Assembly (NCBI GenBank): GCA_023410645.1
Contig: JAEYPQ010000073.1
Span: 10,971-74,970 of the forward strand
From: Bacillota bacterium
GTDB taxonomy: Bacteria; Bacillota; Clostridia; TANB77; CAG-465
DNA: 64,000 nt
Direction: 5' to 3'
In this document: positions 47,042 through 58,383 of the stretch, piece by piece
Numbering within the stretch: the first letter of the stretch is position 1
Layout of the letters: each line of letters starts with the position of its first letter
Position numbers and translations under genes: made by a program
Notes under the pieces: generated by a model
Databases searched by the model: none
The model's input: the letters and a program-made list of their open reading frames with translations, nothing else
Told to the model about the DNA's origin: nothing

Positions 47042-47539
47042 TGCTACACCTCCTAAAAGTAATTTTTATATGTATTTTATTTCAATACTGCAATGATTAA
47101 AATAAATTTTAAATTTAATCAAAAGTTAATTCATTATACAATATTATTTTTATTTTGTCAATCTATTTTAATATTTTTTTATTTTATGTTTACTTGCCTA
47201 CTCCATATCTAAAATTAAATTATTATAACCATATTCTACATTTAGCTTAAATTTCGACAAAAAGTTATTATTTTTGTATTTCCACAAACTATATTATTTT
47301 CTTTTGAACATATGGTAAATTTTTAAATAAAAAATACTAAAAGTATTGTTTTTTTGCATGTTTCATGATATATTAATCTAGGAAGTAAATATTTTAATTT
47401 TCACATGTTTCACATTAATCCACAATAATTATGTAATTTGTTTTGTCAATTATTATTATTTTGTCGAAAAGTTATCAACACCTGTGGATAACTCTGTGGA
47501 TAACTTAAAAAAACATGTGTTTTTAAGAAAGGTGGTTTT
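47042..47539. other. oriC, upstream (rpmH-dnaA) part: DnaA boxes and Spo0A boxes
   Basis: TGTGGATAA at 47483-47491 and 47495-47503, TTATCAACA at 47472-47480, TAATCCACA at 47416-47424. 0A boxes lie at 47253-47259 (TTCGACA) and 47462-47468 (TGTCGAA). Confidence 0.75.
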
Positions 47540-48958
47540 ATGGAAAAAAGTTTTATGGAAATATGGTCAGAAGCCTTGGAAATACTGAAAGAAGAGATAT
47601 CTCCAATAGGATATAAAACCTATGTAGATGTTATGGTTCCAAGACTTGTTGATGAAAACACATTATGTTTATTATCACCATCAACATACCATGTTACAGT
47701 TTGTCAAACTAGATATTTAGATTTAATTCAAAATACATTAACTCATTTAACAAAAAAATCTTATAATATAATTTTTGAAGCAAAAGAAAATATACCCGAC
47801 TCAATAAAAACAGATGAATCTGAAATACTAGTAGCAGAAAATTTAGAAAAAACCACAAAAGAGAATAAAGTAGAAGAGGTATCTATACCTAAAACAACAA
47901 CTACTATTGAAAAAACTAATGAAAAACATGATAACGGAAATTTAAATTCAAAATATACCTTTGAAAATTTTATTGTTGGATCTAACAATAGATTTGCACA
48001 CGCAGCAGCAGTTGCAGTTTTTGAAAATCCTGGTATAAAATATAACCCACTTTTTATTTATGGTGGAGTAGGACTAGGTAAAACTCACTTAATGCAAGCA
48101 ATAGGAAATGAAATGTTAAAAAATAATCCTAATACTAAAATTGTTTATTGCACAGGTGAATTATTTGCAAATGAACTAGTTTCTGCAATTATGACAGACA
48201 AGAATGAATCATTTAGAAAAAAGTATAGGAATATTGATTTATTATTAATAGATGATATTCAATTTTTGGCTGGAAAAGAAAAATGTCAAGAAGAATTTTT
48301 CCACACTTTTAACACTTTATTTGAAAGTGGGAAGCAAATTGTACTTACATCTGAAAAACCACCAAAAGAAATAGCAATGTTAGAGGATAGACTAAAAACA
48401 AGATTTGATATGGGACTTTCTGTTGATATACAAACACCAGACTATGAGACAAGACTTGCTATTCTTAGAAAAAAAGCTGAAAAAGAAAGATATATTATAG
48501 ACGATGATGTATTAGTAAAAATAGCTACTAGAGTTAAATCTAATATTCGTGAATTAGAAGGTGTTTTTAATAAATTAATTGCATATACATCTTTTACTAA
48601 TAATGAATTAACAGATGCTGTAGTTGATAACACGATAGAATCAATTCTTGTAAAAAATACTAAAGTTCTTACAAGTAGATTAATTATGCAAGTAGTTTGT
48701 AAATTTTTCAATTTAAAAGTATCGGATATCGTAAGTGATAAAAGATCTAATAGTGTTGCTTTCCCAAGACAGATAGCTATGTATCTATGTAGGGAAGTAG
48801 CAAACTTATCTTTTCCATCAATAGGAAAGGATTTTGGGGGGAGAGATCATTCAACAGTTTTACATGCATATTCAAAAATTAAAGAAGAATATGATAAAAA
48901 TAGTGAAACAAGAAATTTAATAGAAGATATAAAAAAATCCTTATCTATAGCGGATTAG
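47540..48958 (+). CDS. dnaA: chromosomal replication initiator protein DnaA
   Basis: AAA+ Walker A GGVGLGKTHL, Walker B LLLIDDIQF, and the C-terminal DNA-binding region RQIAMYLCRE...GGRDHSTVLHA. Confidence 0.95.
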   Translation: MEKSFMEIWSEALEILKEEISPIGYKTYVDVMVPRLVDENTLCLLSPSTYHVTVCQTRYLDLIQNTLTHLTKKSYNIIFEAKENIPDSIKTDESEILVAENLEKTTKENKVEEVSIPKTTTTIEKTNEKHDNGNLNSKYTFENFIVGSNNRFAHAAAVAVFENPGIKYNPLFIYGGVGLGKTHLMQAIGNEMLKNNPNTKIVYCTGELFANELVSAIMTDKNESFRKKYRNIDLLLIDDIQFLAGKEKCQEEFFHTFNTLFESGKQIVLTSEKPPKEIAMLEDRLKTRFDMGLSVDIQTPDYETRLAILRKKAEKERYIIDDDVLVKIATRVKSNIRELEGVFNKLIAYTSFTNNELTDAVVDNTIESILVKNTKVLTSRLIMQVVCKFFNLKVSDIVSDKRSNSVAFPRQIAMYLCREVANLSFPSIGKDFGGRDHSTVLHAYSKIKEEYDKNSETRNLIEDIKKSLSIAD

Positions 48959-49289
48959 ATAGGAATATTACATTTTTATTTCAGTGATATTACACAATTA
49001 TTACTGAAGCAAAGTTATCCACATATAATTGTTGATAACCATGTTAATAACTTGTGTATAATTTTTTAAATCTATTTTTATCCACAACAAACAAAGATTC
49101 TGTGGATAAAAAACACAAGTTATCCACAGAATTATCCACAAATATAAATTCAGTGGTACCAATATGTGTAAATACTTTTCCACATAATCCACAATACCTA
49201 CTACTACTACTACTAAATTAATATAACTAATATATAATATGTTAATAACGTGGATAACTGAAATAAAAAAATTAAATGGAGGAGAAATA
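48959..49289. other. oriC, downstream (dnaA-dnaN) part: DnaA-box cluster, DnaA-trio-like repeat and AT-rich unwinding tract
   Basis: Perfect TTATCCACA boxes at 49015, 49078, 49120 and 49132, and TGTGGATAA at 49101. Near-perfect boxes at 49177, 49185 and 49249. (CTA)6 at 49198-49215, then an A+T-only stretch. Confidence 0.8.
49198..49215. repeat. (CTA)6 trinucleotide run = (TAG)6 on the opposite strand; DnaA-trio-like element
   Basis: Six exact tandem CTA units begin 4 nt after the DnaA box TAATCCACA (49185-49193). Confidence 0.6.
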
Positions 49290-50405
49290 ATGAAAATAAA
49301 TTGTGAATTAAAAGAACTAATAAATGGACTAAATACTGTATCAAAAACATCAAGTAACAAAACTACAATGCCAATATTAGAAGGTGTTTTAATTGAAGCA
49401 AATAATAATAAATTAAAATTAACAACAAATGACTTAGAAATAGCTTGTGAATATACATTTGATTGTAGTATATCAGAAGAAGGAAAAACTGTTGTAGACA
49501 TTAAGATGTTAAATGAAATTGTAAGAAAAATTGATGATGAAATTGTAGATATATCAGTAGATGATAATTTATTTATATTAAAATCAGTTAACGGAATATT
49601 TAAACTTACAGTTATGAATGCAAACGAATATCCAAAGTTACCTGTGTTTAATGTGGAAAATTCAATTGAATTAAATCAAAAAGTATTTAAAGATATGGTT
49701 AGGAAAACTATTTTTTCAGTAAGTAATGACGAAAATAGACCAATATATAATGGAGCATTAGTAAAAGTAGAAGATAATATTTTAACTATTGTTGCAGTTG
49801 ATGGCTTTAGATTATCTTTAAAGAAATATTTAAGTGATAAAACTATAAATAACTTTAAAGCTATAATACCTGGTAAAGTTTTAGCTGAGTTATTAAAGAT
49901 ATTATCTGATAATGAAGAAGAAAAAATTAAAATTGGGGTTAATAGAAATCAAGCTTTGTTTGAGATGGGAAAAAGTATAATAGTAAGTAGAATAATTGAA
50001 GGAGATTTCTTAAATTATAATAGTATAATACCTGAAAATAGTGAAACGAAAATAAGAGTAAAAACAAAGAGCATTTTAGATTCTTTTGAAAGGGTAGCAT
50101 TATTTGCAAAAGAAAATAAAGAAAAAGATAGAAAATCACCAGTTAAAATGAAAATTGGAATTGATGGTATTGTACTTAGTTGTGTTAGTGATACGGGTGA
50201 TGCCAAAGAAATGGTAACAGCAGTAGTTGAAGGAAAAGATGTAGAAATAGGATTTAATCCTAGATATGTAATAGAAGCTTTAAAAGTTATAGATGAATCA
50301 GAAATTTTTATTGAATTTACAACAAGTATTTCACCAGTGTTAATAAAATCAACTGCTTCAAATGATTTTATATATGTTGTTTTACCAATAAAATTAAATA
50401 GTTAA
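49290..50405 (+). CDS. dnaN: DNA polymerase III beta subunit (sliding clamp)
   Basis: MKINCELKELINGLNTVSK..., typical DnaN length, sitting after dnaA. The ATG at 49290 follows GGAGGAGAAATA. The track start at 49239 would lie in the oriC AT-rich tract. Confidence 0.9.
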   Translation: MKINCELKELINGLNTVSKTSSNKTTMPILEGVLIEANNNKLKLTTNDLEIACEYTFDCSISEEGKTVVDIKMLNEIVRKIDDEIVDISVDDNLFILKSVNGIFKLTVMNANEYPKLPVFNVENSIELNQKVFKDMVRKTIFSVSNDENRPIYNGALVKVEDNILTIVAVDGFRLSLKKYLSDKTINNFKAIIPGKVLAELLKILSDNEEEKIKIGVNRNQALFEMGKSIIVSRIIEGDFLNYNSIIPENSETKIRVKTKSILDSFERVALFAKENKEKDRKSPVKMKIGIDGIVLSCVSDTGDAKEMVTAVVEGKDVEIGFNPRYVIEALKVIDESEIFIEFTTSISPVLIKSTASNDFIYVVLPIKLNS

Positions 50406-50683
50406 AAAGAAAAAAAGGAGTATTAACTCCTCTTTTTCCGATAATTAATCCATTTTGAAATCTCATGTAAATTAATCAATTGAATGAAAAATAATGAAAG
50501 CTATAAATCCCAAAACTAATATACCTAAGATTGCTAATATTATTGTTTCATATTTACCAATTAAGCATACAATCCAAATTAAAAAAATCCAAATGAAGAT
50601 TTCCAAATTATCACCTTCCTAAATGTTATTTTTTTTTATATTATAACATATCTATTACTTTATGTAAAGAAAAAGAGGTTAAG

Positions 50684-51757
50684 ATGCAAATAAAAAATAT
50701 AAATCTAAATTATTTTAGAAATTATAAAGATCAAAAAATAGAATTAATAAAAGGAATAAATCTTTTCGTTGGAAATAATGCAGAAGGAAAGACTAATATA
50801 ATAGAATCTGTATATATGTGTGCTTTAGGAAAATCATACAGAGCAACAAAAGATATAGAAGCAATTAATTTTTATTCTAATTATTGCAAGGTTAATATAG
50901 AGTACCTAAAAAATAATATTAATAATACTATTGAATTATATATTGATAATACTGGTAAAAAAATTATAAAAAAAAATGATATAAAAACAATTAAATTAAT
51001 TGATCATATAGGTGAAGTGCCAATTGTAATATTTTCACCTGATAGTTTGGATATTGTTAAAGGTGCACCAGGAAAAAGAAGAAAATTTATAGATATGATA
51101 TGTTCGCAACTATCTAAAAGTTATTTGATTAGTTTACAAGAGTATAATAAATTATTAAAAATAAAAAATTCTTTGTTAAAACAAGATGAATTTGATTTTG
51201 AATATATGAATATAGTAAATGAAAAAATGAGTGAATATATTGAAAAAATAGTAATATATAGGGAAGAAGTAATAAAAAAATTAAATCTGAAAGCAAAAAT
51301 TATAGAAAAAAATATTACAAATTCAAAAGAAGATATTCAGATTAATTACATTACTGATTTTAATGGCTTAAATAAATTACAAATAAATGACATATTAAAT
51401 AAATATTTAAAAATTGAAAGAATTAAAAAAAGTACTTTAAAAGGAATTCAACGAGATGATATAGAAATATTAGTAAATAATATGGAAGTTAGTAAATTTG
51501 GCTCACAAGGTCAAAATAGAACAGCATTACTTACATTAAAACTTTCAGATTTTGAAGTGTTAATGGAAGAAAAAGAAGAAGAACCAATATTATTACTTGA
51601 TGATATAATGTCTGAATTAGATTCAAGTAGAATTAGTTTCTTATTAAAATATATTGAAAAATATCAAAGCATAATAACAACAACAGACTCAAGTTTTATA
51701 AAAAATATAGAAAATATAAAAATTTCGAAAGTTTTTAAGGGAACACTTGAAAATTAG
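50684..51757 (+). CDS. recF: DNA replication and repair protein RecF
   Basis: NYFRNY...GNNAEGKTNIIESVY Walker A and the C-terminal LLLDDIMSELD Walker B. Confidence 0.9.
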   Translation: MQIKNINLNYFRNYKDQKIELIKGINLFVGNNAEGKTNIIESVYMCALGKSYRATKDIEAINFYSNYCKVNIEYLKNNINNTIELYIDNTGKKIIKKNDIKTIKLIDHIGEVPIVIFSPDSLDIVKGAPGKRRKFIDMICSQLSKSYLISLQEYNKLLKIKNSLLKQDEFDFEYMNIVNEKMSEYIEKIVIYREEVIKKLNLKAKIIEKNITNSKEDIQINYITDFNGLNKLQINDILNKYLKIERIKKSTLKGIQRDDIEILVNNMEVSKFGSQGQNRTALLTLKLSDFEVLMEEKEEEPILLLDDIMSELDSSRISFLLKYIEKYQSIITTTDSSFIKNIENIKISKVFKGTLEN

Positions 51758-51809
51758 TTATGAGATGTGATATAAGTATAAAGTACATTAAGAAAAGAGG
51801 TAGTAATAA

Positions 51810-53726
<1,917 letters not shown>

Positions 53727-53771
53727 AAATAGTAAAATTATAACACTTTTATATGATTTTATTAAAAAGTA

Positions 53772-53945
53772 TTGACATTTAGTATAAATTTATGTATAAT
53801 AAAACTTGTAAAGTAGAGGAAATCTTCTCACCTTACAAGTTTTTTCTTGTTAAGGTTATGCAAAATTATATAAAAACTACTAGTAAAATAGTATTATATT
53901 TTGTGTATCTGAGAAGATTGCCGTACAAGAGCAATCTTTTTTTAT
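53772..53945 (+). promoter_or_regulatory. infC operon promoter plus L20-leader-type transcription attenuator
   Basis: TTGACA (53772-77), a 17-nt spacer, then TATAAT (53795-800). Hairpin at 53804-53840. Terminator AAGATTGC/GCAATCTT (53914-53938) with a T-run. AATCTTCTC (53821-29) is complementary to GAGAAGATT (53911-19), giving an anti-terminator alternative. Confidence 0.6.
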
Positions 53946-53964
53946 TTTTGTGGAGGTGTTTAAT

Positions 53965-54474
53965 ATAAAACAAGATTTTTTAATTAATGAAGAAATAAAA
54001 AGCTCAGAAGTTCAAGTTATCAATGAGGATGGACAAAAACTAGGTAGTATGCCTACTAAACAAGCTTTGCAAATGGCTTATGATCAAGGATTAGATTTAG
54101 TATTAGTATCTCCAAATTCTGATGTTCCAGTTTGTAAGATATTAGATTACAGTAAATTTAAATTTGAAATGATAAAAAAAGCCAAGGAAGCAAAGAAAAA
54201 ACAAAAAGTAGTAGAAATTAAAGAAATTAGATTATCACCAAATATTGATAAACATGATTTGGAAGTAAAAGCAAAAATGGTAAACAAATTTCTTGAATCT
54301 GGAAATAAAGTAAAAATTTCTATGAGATTTAAAGGAAGAGAACTAAACTTCATAAGTCAAGGACATGAAATTATGAATAATTTTAAGAATATGCTTGAAG
54401 ATTATCAAATTGAAAAAGAAGCAAAAATGGAAGGTAAAAGCCTTACAATGTTTTTAGCACCAAAGCAAAAATAA
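53965..54474 (+). CDS. infC: translation initiation factor IF-3 (probable non-AUG ATA start)
   Basis: The ATA start codon is followed by KQDFLINEEIKSSEVQVINEDGQKLG, which matches the IF3 N-terminus. The GGAGGTG SD (53952-58) lies 6 nt before ATA at 53965. The GTG codons at 53950 and 53956 have no usable SD. Confidence 0.85.
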   Translation: MKQDFLINEEIKSSEVQVINEDGQKLGSMPTKQALQMAYDQGLDLVLVSPNSDVPVCKILDYSKFKFEMIKKAKEAKKKQKVVEIKEIRLSPNIDKHDLEVKAKMVNKFLESGNKVKISMRFKGRELNFISQGHEIMNNFKNMLEDYQIEKEAKMEGKSLTMFLAPKQK

Positions 54475-54497
54475 TTAGTTTAAAGGAGGAAAATTTT

Positions 54498-54695
54498 ATG
54501 CCAAAAATAAAAACACATAGCTCAACAAAAAAGAGAGTAAAATTAACTGGTACTGGAAAGTACAAAAAAAATGTAGCTAATAGAGCACACAAATTAACAG
54601 GAAAATCTTCAAAAAGAAAGATGTCATTAAAACAAGCATCTTATGTTGATAGTGCAAACAAAGCTGCTGTAAAAAAATTATTACCATATAAGTAA
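54498..54695 (+). CDS. rpmI: 50S ribosomal protein L35
   Basis: MPKIKTHSSTKKRVKLTGTGKYKK... Confidence 0.95.
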   Translation: MPKIKTHSSTKKRVKLTGTGKYKKNVANRAHKLTGKSSKRKMSLKQASYVDSANKAAVKKLLPYK

Positions 54696-54725
54696 TAAAT
54701 TGTGATACGAAGGGAGAGATAATAA

Positions 54726-55073
54726 ATGGCAAGAATAAAAGGCGCTGTTACAACAAGAGCAAGACATAAAAAAGTATTAAAAAGAGCAAAGGGATATTTT
54801 GGAGCAAAATCAATTAGATTTAGAATGGCAAATCAAGCTGTTATGAAATCTTTAAAATATGCATATGTTGGAAGAAAACAAAAGAAAAGAAACTTCAGAC
54901 AATTATGGATTGTTAGAATAAATGCTGCTGCAAGAATTTGTGGTACTTCATATAGTAAATTAATGTCTGCATTAAAGAAATCAAACGTTAATATAAATAG
55001 AAAAATGCTTGCAGAAATGGCTGTAAATGATATTAACGGATTCAAAACTTTAGTTGAAAAAGTTCAAAAATAG
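54726..55073 (+). CDS. rplT: 50S ribosomal protein L20
   Basis: [29 protein letters not shown]... Confidence 0.95.
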   Translation: MARIKGAVTTRARHKKVLKRAKGYFGAKSIRFRMANQAVMKSLKYAYVGRKQKKRNFRQLWIVRINAAARICGTSYSKLMSALKKSNVNINRKMLAEMAVNDINGFKTLVEKVQK

Positions 55074-55090
55074 TTGATAGGGGGGACAGT

Positions 55091-55648
55091 ATGATTTTAG
55101 CAGGAGATTTTAGAAATGGTATAACTTTCGAGATGGAAAGTAATGTTTATAGAGTTGTAGAATTTCAACATGTTAAACCAGGAAAAGGTGCGGCTTTTGT
55201 TAGAACTAAATTAAAAAATGTTATAACAGGAAATAATTTAGAAAAAACATTTAATCCATCTGAAAAATTTGAAGAAGCTCAAATAACAATTCAAGAAATG
55301 CAATATTTATATAACGATGGTGAAAATTATACATTTATGGATACATCTACATATGAACAAGCAGAACTTACAAAAGAACAAATTGAGGATACACTTGCAT
55401 ACTTAAAAGATAATATGAATGTAAAAGTATTATCATATAAGGGAAATGTATTTGGTGTTGAACCACCTACTTTTGTGGAATTAGAAGTTACATATACAGA
55501 GCCAGGACTAAAAGGAAGCACAGCAACAGGTTCAACAAAACCATGTACTGTAGAAACAGGAGCAACATTCTATGTTCCAATATTTGTTGAAATTGGAGAT
55601 AAAATTAGAATTGATACAAGAACTGGATCATATATGGAAAGAGTATAA
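55091..55648 (+). CDS. efp: elongation factor P
   Basis: [23 protein letters not shown] with the conserved KPGKG loop. Confidence 0.95.
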   Translation: MILAGDFRNGITFEMESNVYRVVEFQHVKPGKGAAFVRTKLKNVITGNNLEKTFNPSEKFEEAQITIQEMQYLYNDGENYTFMDTSTYEQAELTKEQIEDTLAYLKDNMNVKVLSYKGNVFGVEPPTFVELEVTYTEPGLKGSTATGSTKPCTVETGATFYVPIFVEIGDKIRIDTRTGSYMERV

Positions 55649-55756
55649 GCTTATAAAATAGCAATAATTTATTTATTGTTATTTTTTTTGTTTAATTTAA
55701 TATTTGACAAATTAATATATAAATGTTAAAATATTTTCGTTAAGTAGGAGAATAAA

Positions 55757-57133
55757 ATGAGATTTAAAAATAGTTATGAAGAAAAAATTAAAAAGTTTGC
55801 TATAGAAAACAAACTTACATATCATATAGATACAATGGGATGTCAAATGAATGAAAATGACTCTAATAAATATAAAGGAATTTTAGAATCAGTTGGATTT
55901 GTAAAATCAGATGATGAAAATGCTAATTTAGTATTATTTAATACATGTTGTGTAAGGGAAAATGCTGAAAATACTTTATTTGGAAGATTAGGATTTTTTA
56001 AAAATAAAAAGAAAGAAATTAAGAATATGTATATTGTTGTAGTTGGTTGTATGACACAGCAAAGACACATATTGGACAAAATAAAAGTATCGTATCCTTT
56101 TACTGATATAGTTCTTGGAACAAATAGTATGAATTTATTTCCAAAAAAATTATATGAAGTAATCTTTGAAAATAAAAAAGAATATGAGTATATAGAAGAA
56201 AATAATGAAATTATAGAAGAAATTCCTATAATCTATGAGGATAAGTACAAAGCAAGTGTAAGTATTATATATGGATGTAATAACTTTTGTTCGTATTGTA
56301 TTGTTCCATATGTAAGAGGTAGAGAAAGAAGTAGGAATCCAGAAGATATAATAAATGATGTAAAAAAGCTAGCATCAAAAGGATATAAAGAAGTAATGTT
56401 ACTTGGTCAAAATGTTAATTCATACGGTAATGATTTTAAAAATGACTTAAAATATACTTTTCCAGAATTATTAAAAGAAATAGAAAAAATCGATGGTATT
56501 GAAATAATAAAATTCATGTCACCACACCCGAAAGATTTTAGTGATGAATTGATAGATGTGATTTCAAAATCATGCAAAATATCAAAGCAAATTCATCTAC
56601 CACTTCAATCTGGAAGTACAAAAATTCTTAAAGATATGAATAGAAATTATACAAAAGAATCATATTTGGAAATAGTAAAAAAACTTAAAAGTAATGTAGA
56701 AGATATTTCATTTTCAACTGATATTATTGTTGGTTTTCCTGGTGAAACAGAAGAAGATTTCCTAGATACATTAGATGTTGTAAAAAAAGTCGGATATGAT
56801 CAAATATATATGTTTATATATTCAAAAAGAACTGGTACAAGGGCTGCAAAAATAGAAGATAATACAGAAAATTCAGTTAAAGTAGAAAGATTAGAAAGAT
56901 TAAAAAAATTATATGAAGAAAAACTAGATGAATTGAATAAAAAAACAATTAATAAAATTTATAAGGTTTTAATTGAAGGTAAAAGTAAAAATAATGAAAA
57001 TTTATATACTGGAAGAACAAGCCAAAATAAAGTTGTAATATTTGAGGCAAAAGATGAATTAATTGGAAAAATAGTAGATGTAAAAATAGAATCAGAACAC
57101 CTTTGGTATTTAAAAGGGAATATTGTGAATTAA
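55757..57133 (+). CDS. miaB: tRNA-2-methylthio-N6-dimethylallyladenosine synthase (radical SAM methylthiotransferase)
   Basis: MGCQMNENDS N-terminal cluster, radical-SAM CNNFCSYCIVP, and a TRAM-like C-terminus. Confidence 0.85.
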   Translation: MRFKNSYEEKIKKFAIENKLTYHIDTMGCQMNENDSNKYKGILESVGFVKSDDENANLVLFNTCCVRENAENTLFGRLGFFKNKKKEIKNMYIVVVGCMTQQRHILDKIKVSYPFTDIVLGTNSMNLFPKKLYEVIFENKKEYEYIEENNEIIEEIPIIYEDKYKASVSIIYGCNNFCSYCIVPYVRGRERSRNPEDIINDVKKLASKGYKEVMLLGQNVNSYGNDFKNDLKYTFPELLKEIEKIDGIEIIKFMSPHPKDFSDELIDVISKSCKISKQIHLPLQSGSTKILKDMNRNYTKESYLEIVKKLKSNVEDISFSTDIIVGFPGETEEDFLDTLDVVKKVGYDQIYMFIYSKRTGTRAAKIEDNTENSVKVERLERLKKLYEEKLDELNKKTINKIYKVLIEGKSKNNENLYTGRTSQNKVVIFEAKDELIGKIVDVKIESEHLWYLKGNIVN

Positions 57134-57277
57134 TTTTATAAAAAAATAAAAAGGATATTAATAGAAAAAATATTTAATATCTTTTTTATTGTCTTTTTTG
57201 TAATAAAAGAATTATATAAAAAATATAATCTAATAAATACTTGTACAAAATTTGTATAGTATTTATTGGAGGTTATT

Positions 57278-58375
57278 ATGGAAAATATTATTGCAGCAAG
57301 AAGGTTAAGAAAAAGTTATATTAAGGATGCAAGAAATCAAAATCTTGAAATTTTGAGTAATATTTCGAATTTAGGTAATGTAAAAACAAAATATAATCAT
57401 CCAAATTTAAAAACATCAGTAGATGTTGATGACGATGATAAAGAAGAAAAATTTAAAATAAAATTTAAATATAAAATAATAATAAAAGTGTTTTGTGCAA
57501 CTTTTATAATTTTTCTGTGCCTTTTATTTAAACTTGTTTTTCCAAATATAATAAATGAGAATAAATATATTAGTAGTATATCAAACCAATATTTAAAAGA
57601 TTATAGTAAAGAAGATATTTTGAATTTTATTGAAGATAAATCAAGATTAATAAATGAAAATTTAAAATTTTTATTACCAGATAGTGTTGTAAATATAGTA
57701 AAAAGTAATTATAAAGAAAAATTAAAACCTGTATTTTTGTCATTTGATTTAAAAAATACTATATCAGAACTTTTAAAAAAAAATGAAACTATAAATCAAG
57801 AAAATGAAAATACACAAGAATCCACAAATGAACAAAATCAGCAAAGTAATCAAGAAATAATTAATGAAAAAGCAGATAATACAGAGGTTGGTGTAGGTGG
57901 TGGTGAACCAATCGAAGAAGTTATAAAAGAAGATTCTAGTTCTGTTAGTATAATGGATGAAGATATAAAAGAAATAATAGATAAAAAAATAAATATTATT
58001 AAACCTGTTTCAGGAGTAATTACTTCAGGGTATGGCTCAAGAGAACAAATATTTGCTGGCGTAAATCCATATCATACAGGTATTGATATTGCAAATAAAC
58101 TAGATACAGAAATAAAAAGTGCAACCACTGGTATTGTAAAAAATACAGTAAAAAATGATAAATATTATGGTAATTATATTGAAATAGAAACAAATGGCGT
58201 CACTTTTAAATATGGACATTTAAATAGCATTGGAGTAAATGAAAATCAACAAGTAAATCAAGGTGATGTTATAGGGAAAATGGGAAGTACGGGAATGTCT
58301 ACAGGCTCTCATTTACATTTTGAAATTAGAATAAATAATAGAAGTGTCGATCCAGCAAAAATATTAACTTTTTAG
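57278..58375 (+). CDS. membrane-anchored M23 (LytM) peptidase, SpoIVFA/SpoIIQ-like architecture
   Basis: One TM segment (VFCATFIIFLCLLFKLVF). The C-terminal M23 domain has intact HTGIDI and GSHLHFE motifs. Confidence 0.7.
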   Translation: MENIIAARRLRKSYIKDARNQNLEILSNISNLGNVKTKYNHPNLKTSVDVDDDDKEEKFKIKFKYKIIIKVFCATFIIFLCLLFKLVFPNIINENKYISSISNQYLKDYSKEDILNFIEDKSRLINENLKFLLPDSVVNIVKSNYKEKLKPVFLSFDLKNTISELLKKNETINQENENTQESTNEQNQQSNQEIINEKADNTEVGVGGGEPIEEVIKEDSSSVSIMDEDIKEIIDKKINIIKPVSGVITSGYGSREQIFAGVNPYHTGIDIANKLDTEIKSATTGIVKNTVKNDKYYGNYIEIETNGVTFKYGHLNSIGVNENQQVNQGDVIGKMGSTGMSTGSHLHFEIRINNRSVDPAKILTF

Positions 58376-58383
58376 GTGATTAA

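Noticed and set aside
49001-49501. 166-aa minus-strand ORF, and the 5' extension of dnaN (49239-49289).
   Set aside because: Both run through the DnaA-box, trio and AT-rich region of oriC. dnaN has a clear GGAGGAG SD with an ATG at 49290, and the antisense ORF has no SD.
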